A stretch of 64,000 bases of DNA from Candidatus Woesebacteria bacterium (GTDB lineage: Bacteria; Patescibacteriota; Microgenomatia; UBA10105; UBA927). The number at the start of each line of letters is the position of its first letter. The first letter of the stretch is position 1. This document shows positions 1 to 9,647 of the stretch, piece after piece. The DNA lies in NCBI GenBank assembly GCA_044223895.1, contig JBGALL010000001.1:27506-91505 (forward strand), written 5' to 3'. The position numbers and the translations under genes are program-made. The notes beneath the pieces are model-generated. The model was not told where the DNA came from. It searched no databases and worked only from the letters and a program-made list of their open reading frames with translations.

Positions 1-11
1 TATTTTTTTTC

Positions 12-1226
12 TTGTTTGCTACCCCATTCCCCCATCTGATCAATACCGCATCTGGGTTTTGGTTTAGCTACGACCGACAATGGTTTAACATTGGCGGAGA
101 TCCTTTTAACCGACTAGATCCAGCAGCCAACCACCTTATTGCACCGGCTGCAGTAATGGGAATATTTTCCCTTATCTTCCTTTATGATAAACATCGTACC
201 AAAAAGAACTATTGGCTCTTACTCCCACTATCTATTCTTGCTGCAATAATAATTACCTTACAACCAATACAACTGATGGTAGTGTTTCTGGCTTTAGCTG
301 TGCACTATGGATGGCGATGGGTTACTTCTCACCAAAGATTTAACCGGGCGAACCTACAAGAATTAGTTCGAACCTTTATCCCGATGATAGTGATGGGTAT
401 CAGTATTCTTCCGTTATTCATCTACATGAATAAAATAGTCGCTATTCCTCCGTATAATGCCGGGAAAGCCTTCGAAAATTCAGTACAAGTGCATATTAAT
501 CCCTTAGTCTATCTTGAACTCTATGGACCTCTTGGGATTATTGGATTACTCGCTTTACCATTTTTTTTGAAAGGGAAAAATCATAGCCGACACCTTCTCT
601 TTATCTATTCTTTTATAGCTTTTACTATCGCCATCTCTCCCTTTCCAGAAAAAATTGAGGTATTAAATGTTCGCTTTTTGGCTGCAGTAGAGATGCTTAT
701 ATTTGCAGCCGCTTCTACCTGGGGAATTTTTGCAGTAGGAAATATTCTCAAACGTTTTTCGGTCGCGATTACGACGCTGATTATTGTACTTACTAGTTTA
801 ATGTTTGTTCCTGCCTACACTATTGAACTTCAAAAACGAATATCTCCAGATATTAATAATATGGAATATTACCTTCCTACGCCTGTCTATGAAGCTATAG
901 TACAGGCCAAGAATATGACTGCTCGAGATGAGACTATCTTGCCATTGTGGCCATTTGAAAAAATAACTTCCGCTTTAACTGGAAAAAGAGTATTGTTTTG
1001 GAACGAAAATGTTACCCTAGATTTTGAGGAGAAAAATAAACAAGCCTATTATTTTGTTGCCAACCAAATGACGGAATCTGGACGCGAAGAATTTTTAGTA
1101 AAAAATAATATTCGTACAATCATAAGTTATCTAGGATCTATTCAGTCCCCTCCTCCTTATTTGGTAGAAAAGTTTAAAAATAATCTCATGGTTGTTTATC
1201 GAGTGGAGTTGAATGATAATAGGTAA
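12..1226 (+). CDS. Polytopic membrane protein, probably 5'-truncated by the window edge; GT-C-like 'family A' paralog
   Basis: The frame is open back to base 3. There are multiple hydrophobic segments. The C-terminal ~110 aa (WPFEKI..VTLDFEEKNKQAYYFVANQMTESGREEFLVKNNIRTIISY) aligns with the C-terminus of ORF 15978..17585 (WPYEKV..LTVDFDTKNQNAYKFLVSQMTESEKKDFLKKNKITYIIAS). Confidence 0.6.
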   Translation: MFATPFPHLINTASGFWFSYDRQWFNIGGDPFNRLDPAANHLIAPAAVMGIFSLIFLYDKHRTKKNYWLLLPLSILAAIIITLQPIQLMVVFLALAVHYGWRWVTSHQRFNRANLQELVRTFIPMIVMGISILPLFIYMNKIVAIPPYNAGKAFENSVQVHINPLVYLELYGPLGIIGLLALPFFLKGKNHSRHLLFIYSFIAFTIAISPFPEKIEVLNVRFLAAVEMLIFAAASTWGIFAVGNILKRFSVAITTLIIVLTSLMFVPAYTIELQKRISPDINNMEYYLPTPVYEAIVQAKNMTARDETILPLWPFEKITSALTGKRVLFWNENVTLDFEEKNKQAYYFVANQMTESGREEFLVKNNIRTIISYLGSIQSPPPYLVEKFKNNLMVVYRVELNDNR

Positions 1227-1238
1227 GTTTTCAAGAGT

Positions 1239-2393
1239 ATGTTTTTTTCACCACGCGCAAAAGTCACCTTAGCTAAATCAGCCCTCTTTCAAAATACGCC
1301 GGTTTACGTACAGTTTTATATTACCGCCAGGTGTAATTTAACTTGTAAACAATGCAATATCCGCTACGCCAACGCCGATATGCGCGAATGCACTCTGGAA
1401 GAGATCAAAGGTATTGCTGAAAATTTTGCCGTCATGGGAGTTGCGATGATCCTGCTTACCGGTGGAGAGCCATTTACCCGTCAGGATTTACCAGAAATAA
1501 TCAGAGAGTTTGAATCACGAGGTATCCACGTCCGAATGCAAACCAATGGGTTAGCTACCAAAGAGCAAATCCATAAAGCCATCGAATATGGAGGTCATGA
1601 TATTTCAATCTCTCTTGATTCGCTGAAACCAAAAACTCAAGACGAAATTAATGGTGGTTTCCCTAAATCATGGAATCGAGCCTTAGAATCAGTAGCGGTT
1701 TTTTCGGAATACCTTCCCAAAGACAGAAGCTTCGGATCATTTGGATGTGTTATGCAGCGAGATAACCTTCAGGATATTGAGGGAGTTATCCGTTTTGGTA
1801 CAAAAATTGGTTGGTTCACTTCCTTGGTTCCAATTCATGTCTCAGATCATTTTGAACCATTAGGATTTAGAACCTATGATCGCAGTTTACGTTTTAGACC
1901 TGATGAATATGACGCTGTAGACGCTGTGGTTGAAAAAGTTCGTTCTCTGCGTGAATCAGGTTTCTTATTATATGACAGCGATCAATATCTCGACGATATC
2001 AAGCGTTTTGTAAAAAATCAGCCAACAACATGGAGAGGTAAAAATAATAATGTTTGCGACAGTCCGAATCTCTATTTTGCTATTTTACCAAATGGTGATT
2101 TTGCTCCCTGTTGTGATTGGAGACTTCCCCGCTCTGTACATACCTACGATAAAAATTTCCCTGAAACCTACCATGATGCTATATTTCGTAAAGATGTATT
2201 TGCCATTACGGGAAACTGTAAAGGCTGCATGTATGGAAGTTATCCAGAAATGACTATTTCTATGAGATTTAATAAAGCTAAAATGCAACGAGTGGGAAAC
2301 TTTTTTACAAAAGCTCCCAAAAAACCTTGGCCACTTACCTATGATCAACTAATAACTACTGCTCAATCGGTCTTAGATGACCTGAATAATTAA
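1239..2393 (+). CDS. Radical SAM enzyme with Cys-rich C-terminal (SPASM/twitch-like) domain
   Basis: CxxxCxxC cluster motif (ARCNLTCKQCN), GGEPF glycine motif, and C-terminal cysteines (VCDSP..APCCDW..GNCKGCMYG). Confidence 0.85.
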   Translation: MFFSPRAKVTLAKSALFQNTPVYVQFYITARCNLTCKQCNIRYANADMRECTLEEIKGIAENFAVMGVAMILLTGGEPFTRQDLPEIIREFESRGIHVRMQTNGLATKEQIHKAIEYGGHDISISLDSLKPKTQDEINGGFPKSWNRALESVAVFSEYLPKDRSFGSFGCVMQRDNLQDIEGVIRFGTKIGWFTSLVPIHVSDHFEPLGFRTYDRSLRFRPDEYDAVDAVVEKVRSLRESGFLLYDSDQYLDDIKRFVKNQPTTWRGKNNNVCDSPNLYFAILPNGDFAPCCDWRLPRSVHTYDKNFPETYHDAIFRKDVFAITGNCKGCMYGSYPEMTISMRFNKAKMQRVGNFFTKAPKKPWPLTYDQLITTAQSVLDDLNN

Positions 2394-2400
2394 AACTTCT

Positions 2401-3609
2401 ATGCCAAAACGAGCTTTTTTTGAAAGTGCCAAACATCATTTATTACTTCAAGCTAAAAATATAGCCAATCAGGAACGGCTTATTGATCCCCATGCCTACC
2501 GAACCTGGAAATTGTGGGTGAACTCATTTACGTTTATTTATGTAGATCCGGATACAATTAAAATCACCTGGGACTTTCCCAAAAAAGGTTCCGACACTAT
2601 ATCCATAAAAAAAGTTCAATATTATAGTCGTGGAGATACTCCCAAATTCGTTGAAGAACAAGAACACCATCATCAATTGTTTCATGACGATAAAGTTCGT
2701 GCCGCCAATGACAAATTGTTCCAAAGCCTGGTAATTCAACTTGCCAAAAAAGCCAGAATTCCTCTCCCAACTGCTCGAAATAAACGAACAGCGATTGATA
2801 TCGCTCGGATCCATGATGAGGAAGAATTATCTGACCATTGGGCAGAAGGTGTTGATCCTGCAAGTATCGATGTTATTCATACCAATACCGCTTTGACATC
2901 ACCAGAACTCAGATATCTTCATCAACGCATAGGAGATATCAAGGGAAAATCAGTCCTCGATCTCGGCTGTGGATTAGGGGAAGTAAGTGTCTATTTTGCA
3001 CTTCAAGGAGCGGATGTTACTGCAGTTGATTTATCACAACCAATGCTCGATGTTGTTCAACAGGTTGCCAAACGCTATAAAGTGAAGTTGAAAACAGTTC
3101 AAGCCTCGGTTGAAGAACTCGACAATTTAAAAAAACATTCTTTTGACATTATCTATGTTGGGAATTTATTTCATCATGTCAATATTCCCAAAACCTTAAA
3201 ACATGTTACCAGAGTCTTAAAACCATCCGGTCAGCTCATTTGTTGGGAACCGGTTGATTATAACCCGGTAATAAATGTGTACCGTAAGATCGCCAATAAT
3301 GTTCGCTCGTACGATGAACGTCCCTTTCGGATGAGTGATATAGAATTATTTAAACAAACCTTTAAAACAGTAGAAATTCGCTGGGCTTGGTTTAGCACCT
3401 TATTTGTTTTCGTCTATATGGCACTGGTACAACGTCGAGATCCGAATAAAGAACGCTATTGGAAAGTAGTTATCAAAGAATCTGAAAAATGGCGTCCACT
3501 CTATGCACCATTAGAAAAATTCGATCGATTTATTCTTAAGACCTTCCCAGCACTCGGTCCTCTTTGCTGGAATGTTATTCTCGTTTGTTCCGGAGTGAAA
3601 AAAAACTAA
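2401..3609 (+). CDS. Class I SAM-dependent methyltransferase with ~170-aa N-terminal extension of unknown function
   Basis: Motif I VLDLGCGLGEVS, followed by DLS and VGNLFHH post-I/II motifs. Confidence 0.8.
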   Translation: MPKRAFFESAKHHLLLQAKNIANQERLIDPHAYRTWKLWVNSFTFIYVDPDTIKITWDFPKKGSDTISIKKVQYYSRGDTPKFVEEQEHHHQLFHDDKVRAANDKLFQSLVIQLAKKARIPLPTARNKRTAIDIARIHDEEELSDHWAEGVDPASIDVIHTNTALTSPELRYLHQRIGDIKGKSVLDLGCGLGEVSVYFALQGADVTAVDLSQPMLDVVQQVAKRYKVKLKTVQASVEELDNLKKHSFDIIYVGNLFHHVNIPKTLKHVTRVLKPSGQLICWEPVDYNPVINVYRKIANNVRSYDERPFRMSDIELFKQTFKTVEIRWAWFSTLFVFVYMALVQRRDPNKERYWKVVIKESEKWRPLYAPLEKFDRFILKTFPALGPLCWNVILVCSGVKKN

Positions 3610-3610
3610 T

Positions 3611-3973
3611 CTATTTTCTTCGATAAATCTGATAGCCAGGGAGATCTTGAATTAATACATACTCTTCTAGCAATAAATCTTGACGGGCCTCTACATGAAT
3701 AAATCCCATACCAGTCGTATGTTGCGTGTACAGTTTTACGACAATCCACTGGATTTTATGGGCGTTTAAAGTTGAAATTAATTGTTCTGGAGTCTTAATG
3801 TTTTCCGTAGCATCAAAATACTGAATATATGGTAAGGGATTTTTTCGTTTGGTGAGTGCATAAAAAGGATCTTCTCCAGGGGTGAAGACGACACTTTCTT
3901 CCATAGGAATAATTTGAGAAACCACCGTTAACATCCGCTCCATATTGGGAAGATAATCACCCGGCAACTCCAT
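3611..3973 (-). CDS. Small soluble protein; possibly the detached C-terminal domain of the GT-C-like ORF immediately upstream
   Basis: It starts 5 nt after the stop of 3979..5337 in a different frame. It has no TM segments. Its size and position match the extracytoplasmic C-terminal domains of the other GT-C-like proteins here. Confidence 0.4.
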   Translation of the reverse strand: MELPGDYLPNMERMLTVVSQIIPMEESVVFTPGEDPFYALTKRKNPLPYIQYFDATENIKTPEQLISTLNAHKIQWIVVKLYTQHTTGMGFIHVEARQDLLLEEYVLIQDLPGYQIYRRK

Positions 3974-3978
3974 ATCTC

Positions 3979-5337
3979 CTAAGGAAGGATAGGTAGCTTT
4001 ATGGGTATAGACTCAATGTTGTATACATATCTATGGTAATCATACAGTTTCAGTGATCCCCACAAGATATAACTTACACTAATAATTAACGGAGTTACGA
4101 TACCCATCACTACGAGATTAGGAAGATATTTTCGTACCATAAAAACCCCATATCCGATGATGAGTACCCACATCGCCCAACCAGAATAACTTGATCCCAC
4201 CATTCCGTAGGACATAAAGGTTGCAAAAATGGTCATTAATGCAGGAACTGGCAATACCAAGCTGATTAATTGACTCTGTTTGGAATACCAGATTCCCCAG
4301 ACCGTGGTAATTATTACCAGACAGGAAGCAATAAACCAAGAAAGAATTATGAGGTTGGAATCTATCTCAAATATATGGTGAGGATCAGCGGTATAAAAAT
4401 ACCATCCTAAATACCCGATGATCGCTCCTGGAATTATGAGATACACTCCCTTACGTATACTCGATGGAATATATTTTGCTGCCCATACAAGTATTCCGAT
4501 TCCCAATATTGGTAACAACAATGGCACAAACAGTCCAAATCCATTTTTATATTCACTTAGTACTAACTGAATAATTGGTCCAACATTTCTAGTCTGAGAT
4601 GGCAATACGAATAGTTGATAATAGGCTTGTCCTAAAGCATTATTAACCATCAACCACAAGATAAATCCACCTAATAATGAATAAGCTGTCATAAAAATAG
4701 GAGCCAAAGAATGTATTGCCTGAGCACCTTGTTTTCTAATAAAGCCTAGGGTAATGAAGAAAGAAGCTGATCCTAGAAATAAGATTCCATAATTTTGTTT
4801 AATAAGTACCGGGATAATCAGGCTGATACCAGTAACCACCGACAACAAGAGTGAACGCTTTGATGCAAAAATCATCGTTAGTATCATGTACAGAGAAAAT
4901 AAAATTGCACACATAGCAGTCATGTCATAAGAAGGAATCGGATAATAGGCATGTCCTCGAAAGAGAAATGGCAGAATCAGGATATTTGGCCATAGGTCTG
5001 AAAATTGAAAAAATTTCCGTTGAATTCTCAAGAGTAAAAAAACAGATACGGCAGTGGTTCCATATGCCACCAACATTTGAGAATTGTGACCATATCCGCC
5101 AACCAGATGCATAACCAGTTGCATGAGGAAAAATAATCCTGGAGGAAGTACCAGAAAAAAATCTCGATAGGGCATCTTTCCTTGAAATAGTTGAAAGGCT
5201 GATTCTACGTTGTAGGCATAATCGATCTGAATAAAGAATCGATGAATCGACCAGTAATGAATCGCAATTGCTGCAAATATAGTAAGTAAATCAAGAATTA
5301 TTAGAATGAATACTCTTCGAGAGATACGATCAGACAT
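3979..5337 (-). CDS. Polytopic membrane protein, GT-C-like (PMT_2/ArnT-like fold suspected)
   Basis: At least 10 hydrophobic segments. The early loop KMPYRDFFLVLPPG resembles loop-1 motifs of PMT_2/DUF2029-type transferases. Confidence 0.55.
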   Translation of the reverse strand: MSDRISRRVFILIILDLLTIFAAIAIHYWSIHRFFIQIDYAYNVESAFQLFQGKMPYRDFFLVLPPGLFFLMQLVMHLVGGYGHNSQMLVAYGTTAVSVFLLLRIQRKFFQFSDLWPNILILPFLFRGHAYYPIPSYDMTAMCAILFSLYMILTMIFASKRSLLLSVVTGISLIIPVLIKQNYGILFLGSASFFITLGFIRKQGAQAIHSLAPIFMTAYSLLGGFILWLMVNNALGQAYYQLFVLPSQTRNVGPIIQLVLSEYKNGFGLFVPLLLPILGIGILVWAAKYIPSSIRKGVYLIIPGAIIGYLGWYFYTADPHHIFEIDSNLIILSWFIASCLVIITTVWGIWYSKQSQLISLVLPVPALMTIFATFMSYGMVGSSYSGWAMWVLIIGYGVFMVRKYLPNLVVMGIVTPLIISVSYILWGSLKLYDYHRYVYNIESIPIKLPILP

Positions 5338-5374
5338 GAGGAAATTGTAACAGCTTTAAAGAAGGGATTGTGGT

Positions 5375-6106
5375 TTATTTTCCTTTGGCAGCGTAAATCA
5401 AATTGGTTCCACAATACAAGCGATTAACAAAAGGTAAGCCTTCAAAAAAAGGCGAGATACTGACCAAAAGATCTACCATCCAATCAGGGGCAAAATATGG
5501 AACAATGGAAAAGAATTTTTGTTCTTTGATCGTATACCCATGCTCCTGAATCCAGCGATTCAGGGTAGGAGGAAAATATGATTTTTCACCATGATCTTTG
5601 TGATATTGACTGGTTTTTTCAATAACTTTTAAAATTGGGTTATATCCACTTGGTTCGAGGATAAACACATGATCACAGATCCGTGCAAATTCAGCGATAG
5701 CTGGCACAGGGTTATCTACGTGATGCAAGACGCCTCTGACAACCACAATATCGAATTGATTGGGTTTTACAAACGAAGAGATTTCAAACATATCCTGTTT
5801 TTGAAAGTTAACTATTTTTTTATACTCTTTAGGGGTAGCTTTTATAGCGTACTTAATTGATTCACCCGCAGGATCAAAGGCTAGTACCTTTTTGGGATGC
5901 AGGTGTTTAATAAGTTCAAAGGTAAACGTTCCATCTCCACACCCTACATCTAAAATAGATCGCACATGTGGGGCATGACGACGGATCATATTGATGAGCT
6001 CGGTAGTTTGAATACCAGTAGCTACAATATTAGAATGCTTATCCGTGGTATAACGATAATGTCCGGTTTGTTTTACATCGTCATCAAATACTTCGTGAGA
6101 TTTCAT
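5375..6106 (-). CDS. Class I SAM-dependent methyltransferase
   Basis: Motif I ILDVGCGDGTFT, and VVVRGVLHHV. A 4-nt ATGA overlap with the upstream ORF suggests coupling. Confidence 0.8.
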   Translation of the reverse strand: MKSHEVFDDDVKQTGHYRYTTDKHSNIVATGIQTTELINMIRRHAPHVRSILDVGCGDGTFTFELIKHLHPKKVLAFDPAGESIKYAIKATPKEYKKIVNFQKQDMFEISSFVKPNQFDIVVVRGVLHHVDNPVPAIAEFARICDHVFILEPSGYNPILKVIEKTSQYHKDHGEKSYFPPTLNRWIQEHGYTIKEQKFFSIVPYFAPDWMVDLLVSISPFFEGLPFVNRLYCGTNLIYAAKGK

Positions 6107-7008
6107 GGTTTTTGAGCAATTATATAGTTATTCCCTGCTGCTAACTCCAGAGGAAACGAATCTAAACCTACTAATTTTAATAGGGTATTTATAGTTTTTT
6201 TAATTGGTAATGGCAATGGGAACATCCGAATCCAATAGCGCAAAGGAAAGGTATTGGTTGAACTGTTACATTCTTTCGTAACAAAGCCATTGAGTTCAAA
6301 AATTTGTTGTAAGTTTTTTTTATTAAATAAGAAAATATGTTCTATATCAAAGATAGGCGATCGTTCTTTTAATAAACGAACAGATAAGCCTTCGGTATCA
6401 TGAAGAATACATAGGACTACCCCACCCTTCCTGAGTGTTTTAAAACAAGATTTTAAGAAGGCATTAGGATCAATAATATGATCTAAGGTTTGAAACACAC
6501 AAATAATATCTTGGGTTCCGGGTTTTACTTTTTTTGAAGGAAAGAAATCAGTGATTAAGTGTTTTTTTATATCAGGACGAGCTTGTTGTACTGACTGTTT
6601 GCCGGGTTCGATTCCCGTCACTGAGGTAATCCCCATGTCGATAGCTTTTTCCAAAAAGAATCCATTTCCAGCACCTATTTCCAACAATCGAGGATTTTTA
6701 CGAACGTATTGTAACGTCTTCTGGAGATATCGACCGTACGTATCTTTCAGACTATCAATTTCATGATCATAGGTAACATTACTTGCTTTGTATAAATTGG
6801 CAATAGTTTTTTCAGAAAGGATAGGTGAAGAAAAAATTAACCCACAACGAGAACATTGTAATAAGCGATAATGAATGCGATCAGGCATCCGTCTTGCTGA
6901 AAAAATCTCAGCATCAATTTTGTCAAAGTCTATTGTCTCGTTAAAAAGAACGTGTGTATAATCATTCGTTTTACAAATGGCGCATTGTATAATTCTCATA
7001 TGAAACAC
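6103..7008 (-). CDS. SAM-dependent methyltransferase with N-terminal Zn-ribbon (resembles NDP-sugar C/O-methyltransferases)
   Basis: CAICK..36 aa..CSRCG zinc-ribbon pairs, motif I LLEIGAGNGFF. The start is ambiguous (GTG 7008 or ATG 6999). Confidence 0.75.
   Translation of the reverse strand: MFHMRIIQCAICKTNDYTHVLFNETIDFDKIDAEIFSARRMPDRIHYRLLQCSRCGLIFSSPILSEKTIANLYKASNVTYDHEIDSLKDTYGRYLQKTLQYVRKNPRLLEIGAGNGFFLEKAIDMGITSVTGIEPGKQSVQQARPDIKKHLITDFFPSKKVKPGTQDIICVFQTLDHIIDPNAFLKSCFKTLRKGGVVLCILHDTEGLSVRLLKERSPIFDIEHIFLFNKKNLQQIFELNGFVTKECNSSTNTFPLRYWIRMFPLPLPIKKTINTLLKLVGLDSFPLELAAGNNYIIAQKP
6988..6993 (+). promoter_or_regulatory. -10 box with leaderless geometry for the SDR gene
   Basis: TATAAT, then 6 nt, then ATG 7000. 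Confidence 0.45.
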
Positions 7009-7944
7009 CGATATCTTATCACTGGAGCCTCAGGTTTTATAGGAGCAAATATAGTACAACGTTTACTGAAAGAAAATACTGAAGTTCATGTACTAGTTAG
7101 ACCAAAATCGAACACCTCAAAACTCTCCGCTATTCTTACACAAATTCAGACGCATACAATTTCTGTTGACGACTCTCAGACGTTAGAAAAGGTTCTTCTC
7201 GATATCCATCCAGAATATATCTTTCATCTAGCATCATATGGAAACAATTCTGCCCAAACAGACGTTGCCCAAATGGTACAAAGCAATATTCAATTTTCAA
7301 CCAATCTCTTACTCGCTGCCCAAACAATACCCTACAAAGCTTTTGTTCTTACGGGAAGTTCTTCTGAGTATGGATTTAAAACAAAAGCAATGTCAGAAAC
7401 AGACATATTAGAACCGGCGAGTTTTTATGCAGCCACCAAAGCCGGGATAACCCATATTGCCCAGGTGTTCAGGAAGTTGTATAACAAACCTATTGTGGTT
7501 GTGAGACCGTTTTCTGTGTACGGTCCGTATGAAGATGCGTCACGACTTGTACCCACAGTTATAAAAAAATGCCTTGCCCAGGAAGATATCATGCTTACAC
7601 CAGGAACTGAGAAGAGAGATTTTATTTATGTTGATGATTTCGTAGAGGGATTTTTCCGTGTTGCAAACGCTCCAGAAAAACTTCCTGACGGTCTGGTTAA
7701 TATTGGAAGTGGCCATGAATATACTACCAAGGAAATGGTCACGACAATCCATCAGTTGACTCAAAGTAATAGTAAACTCCTCTGGGGAACCTACCCAAAT
7801 CGAAAATGGGATACAGAATTTTGGAAAGCTGATATGCGTCGTATGGTAGATTATTATCAGTGGCAACCACATACCAGCCTTTCACAAGGAATTAGCAAAA
7901 CAATTCATTGGATGAAAGATCATCATCAACTCTATGACATCTGA
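7000..7944 (+). CDS. NAD-dependent epimerase/dehydratase (extended SDR)
   Basis: Rossmann motif ITGASGFIGANIV and catalytic YAATK. I moved the start to ATG 7000, because the ORF-track start 6952 adds a non-homologous leader. Confidence 0.85.
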   Translation: MKHRYLITGASGFIGANIVQRLLKENTEVHVLVRPKSNTSKLSAILTQIQTHTISVDDSQTLEKVLLDIHPEYIFHLASYGNNSAQTDVAQMVQSNIQFSTNLLLAAQTIPYKAFVLTGSSSEYGFKTKAMSETDILEPASFYAATKAGITHIAQVFRKLYNKPIVVVRPFSVYGPYEDASRLVPTVIKKCLAQEDIMLTPGTEKRDFIYVDDFVEGFFRVANAPEKLPDGLVNIGSGHEYTTKEMVTTIHQLTQSNSKLLWGTYPNRKWDTEFWKADMRRMVDYYQWQPHTSLSQGISKTIHWMKDHHQLYDI

Positions 7945-8710
7945 TAAAGAAAAAATTTTAGCAAAGAGAATACGAAAATCTATTCTTACACTCTCCTATA
8001 AAGCCCATGTTGGACATATTGGCTCTGCTTTTTCAATAGTCGAAATGCTCATAGCTCTGTATTTCCAGATCATGAAAAAAGGTGACAAATTTATTTTAAG
8101 TAAAGGCCACGCAGCGCCAGCGCTCTACGTAACACTCCACGAACGCGGATTATTGCCTGAAAAAGATTTACTCACCTACTGCCAAAATGGCAGTATTATC
8201 GAAGAACATCCCAATCACATCGTTCCTGGTGTAGAAGTATCCACAGGATCACTTGGTCATGGATTATCAATTGGAATTGGTATGGCGATAGCAGCCAAAG
8301 TCAAAAAGACTTCGACAAATGTATTTGTGATTACCTCTGATGCTGAATGTGATGAAGGAGAAACGTGGGAAGGAGCGCTAAGCGCGGGTCATCATGCACT
8401 CAATAACTTATGTGTTCTGCTTGATTACAATAAAGTGCAAGCATTTGGAACAAAAAAAGATGTCTTAAATATCGAACCTCTGGCAGATAAATGGAGAGCA
8501 TTTGGCTGGAATGTATATGAGGCCGATGGACACGATGTTTCTGCTATGGTAAGTGTCTGGGAAAAACGTGAGTTGAACAACAAACCAAATATCATAATTT
8601 GCAATACTGTCCGGGGAAAAGGAGTTGAATTTATGCACCATCTTATTGACTGGCATTATCTCAACCCCACCGAAGAACAATTTAATATAGCTATTAAAGA
8701 GCTTTCATAA
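7934..8710 (+). CDS. Transketolase, N-terminal (ThDP pyrophosphate-binding) subunit of a split transketolase
   Basis: HIGSAFS, SKGHAAPALY, GSLGHGLSIGIGMA, SDAECDEGETWE. Confidence 0.9.
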   Translation: MTSDKEKILAKRIRKSILTLSYKAHVGHIGSAFSIVEMLIALYFQIMKKGDKFILSKGHAAPALYVTLHERGLLPEKDLLTYCQNGSIIEEHPNHIVPGVEVSTGSLGHGLSIGIGMAIAAKVKKTSTNVFVITSDAECDEGETWEGALSAGHHALNNLCVLLDYNKVQAFGTKKDVLNIEPLADKWRAFGWNVYEADGHDVSAMVSVWEKRELNNKPNIIICNTVRGKGVEFMHHLIDWHYLNPTEEQFNIAIKELS

Positions 8711-8714
8711 CTAT

Positions 8715-9647
8715 ATGCGAAACGCATTTATACAATCATTAACAGCCATAGCAGAAAAAAATAAAAATGTTACCCTTCTCACCGGAGATTTAGGCTATAC
8801 CGTATTCGAAGATTTTAAGGAGAAATTTCCCTCTCAATTTTTTAACATGGGTGTGGCGGAAGCAAATATGATCGGAGTTGCCAGTGGTATGGCTATGTCT
8901 GGGCTCGTCCCTATCGTCTACAGTATCGCAACCTTTGCCTCGATGCGTGGATATGAACAAATTAGAACTGATGTATGTTTACATAATGCCAATGTAAAAA
9001 TTATTGGAACAGGGGCAGGACTTTCTTATGGTCATGCAGGTTCTACCCATCATTCTCAAGAAGATATAGGAATCTTACGCGTATTACCGAATATTACTAT
9101 AGTGTGTCCTTCTGATCCGACTCAAACCAGAGTTATTACTGAACATATTATTAATCACAAAGGGCCGGTGTATATGCGACTCGGCAAACGTGGTGAGCCA
9201 GTTATTTATAAATCACTCAAACGATTTAAACTTGGGAAAGGAATTGTCTTACGGGAAGGAAAAGCCATTGCCCTAATCGCTACCGGAAATCAGGTTCATA
9301 ATGCGCTGCTTACGGCTGATTTACTAGCCAAAAAAGGTCACCAGATAACCGTTGTTGATATGCATACGATCAAACCTATCGATGAAAAACTCATCAAACA
9401 ACTCGTTCAGTCTCATCAGTGTGTTTTTACCCTGGAAGAACATTCCATTATTGGTGGTTTAGGAAGTGCAGTGGCAGAAGTGATTGCCGAAGGAAATCGT
9501 GCTTCTATTGCTGGGTTTCATCGGATCGGTATTTCTGATACATTCTTTACCAACGTAGGAAGCCACGAATACCTTCGAGAGATCGCAGGGTTAACACCGA
9601 AGCAAATAAGCAAAACAATCTACCAACAATACAAAAAATATGCCTGA
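8715..9647 (+). CDS. Transketolase, C-terminal (pyrimidine-binding) subunit
   Basis: FNMGVAEANMIGVASGMA, GHAGSTHHSQEDIG, and HTIKPID. It directly follows the N-terminal subunit. Confidence 0.9.
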   Translation: MRNAFIQSLTAIAEKNKNVTLLTGDLGYTVFEDFKEKFPSQFFNMGVAEANMIGVASGMAMSGLVPIVYSIATFASMRGYEQIRTDVCLHNANVKIIGTGAGLSYGHAGSTHHSQEDIGILRVLPNITIVCPSDPTQTRVITEHIINHKGPVYMRLGKRGEPVIYKSLKRFKLGKGIVLREGKAIALIATGNQVHNALLTADLLAKKGHQITVVDMHTIKPIDEKLIKQLVQSHQCVFTLEEHSIIGGLGSAVAEVIAEGNRASIAGFHRIGISDTFFTNVGSHEYLREIAGLTPKQISKTIYQQYKKYA

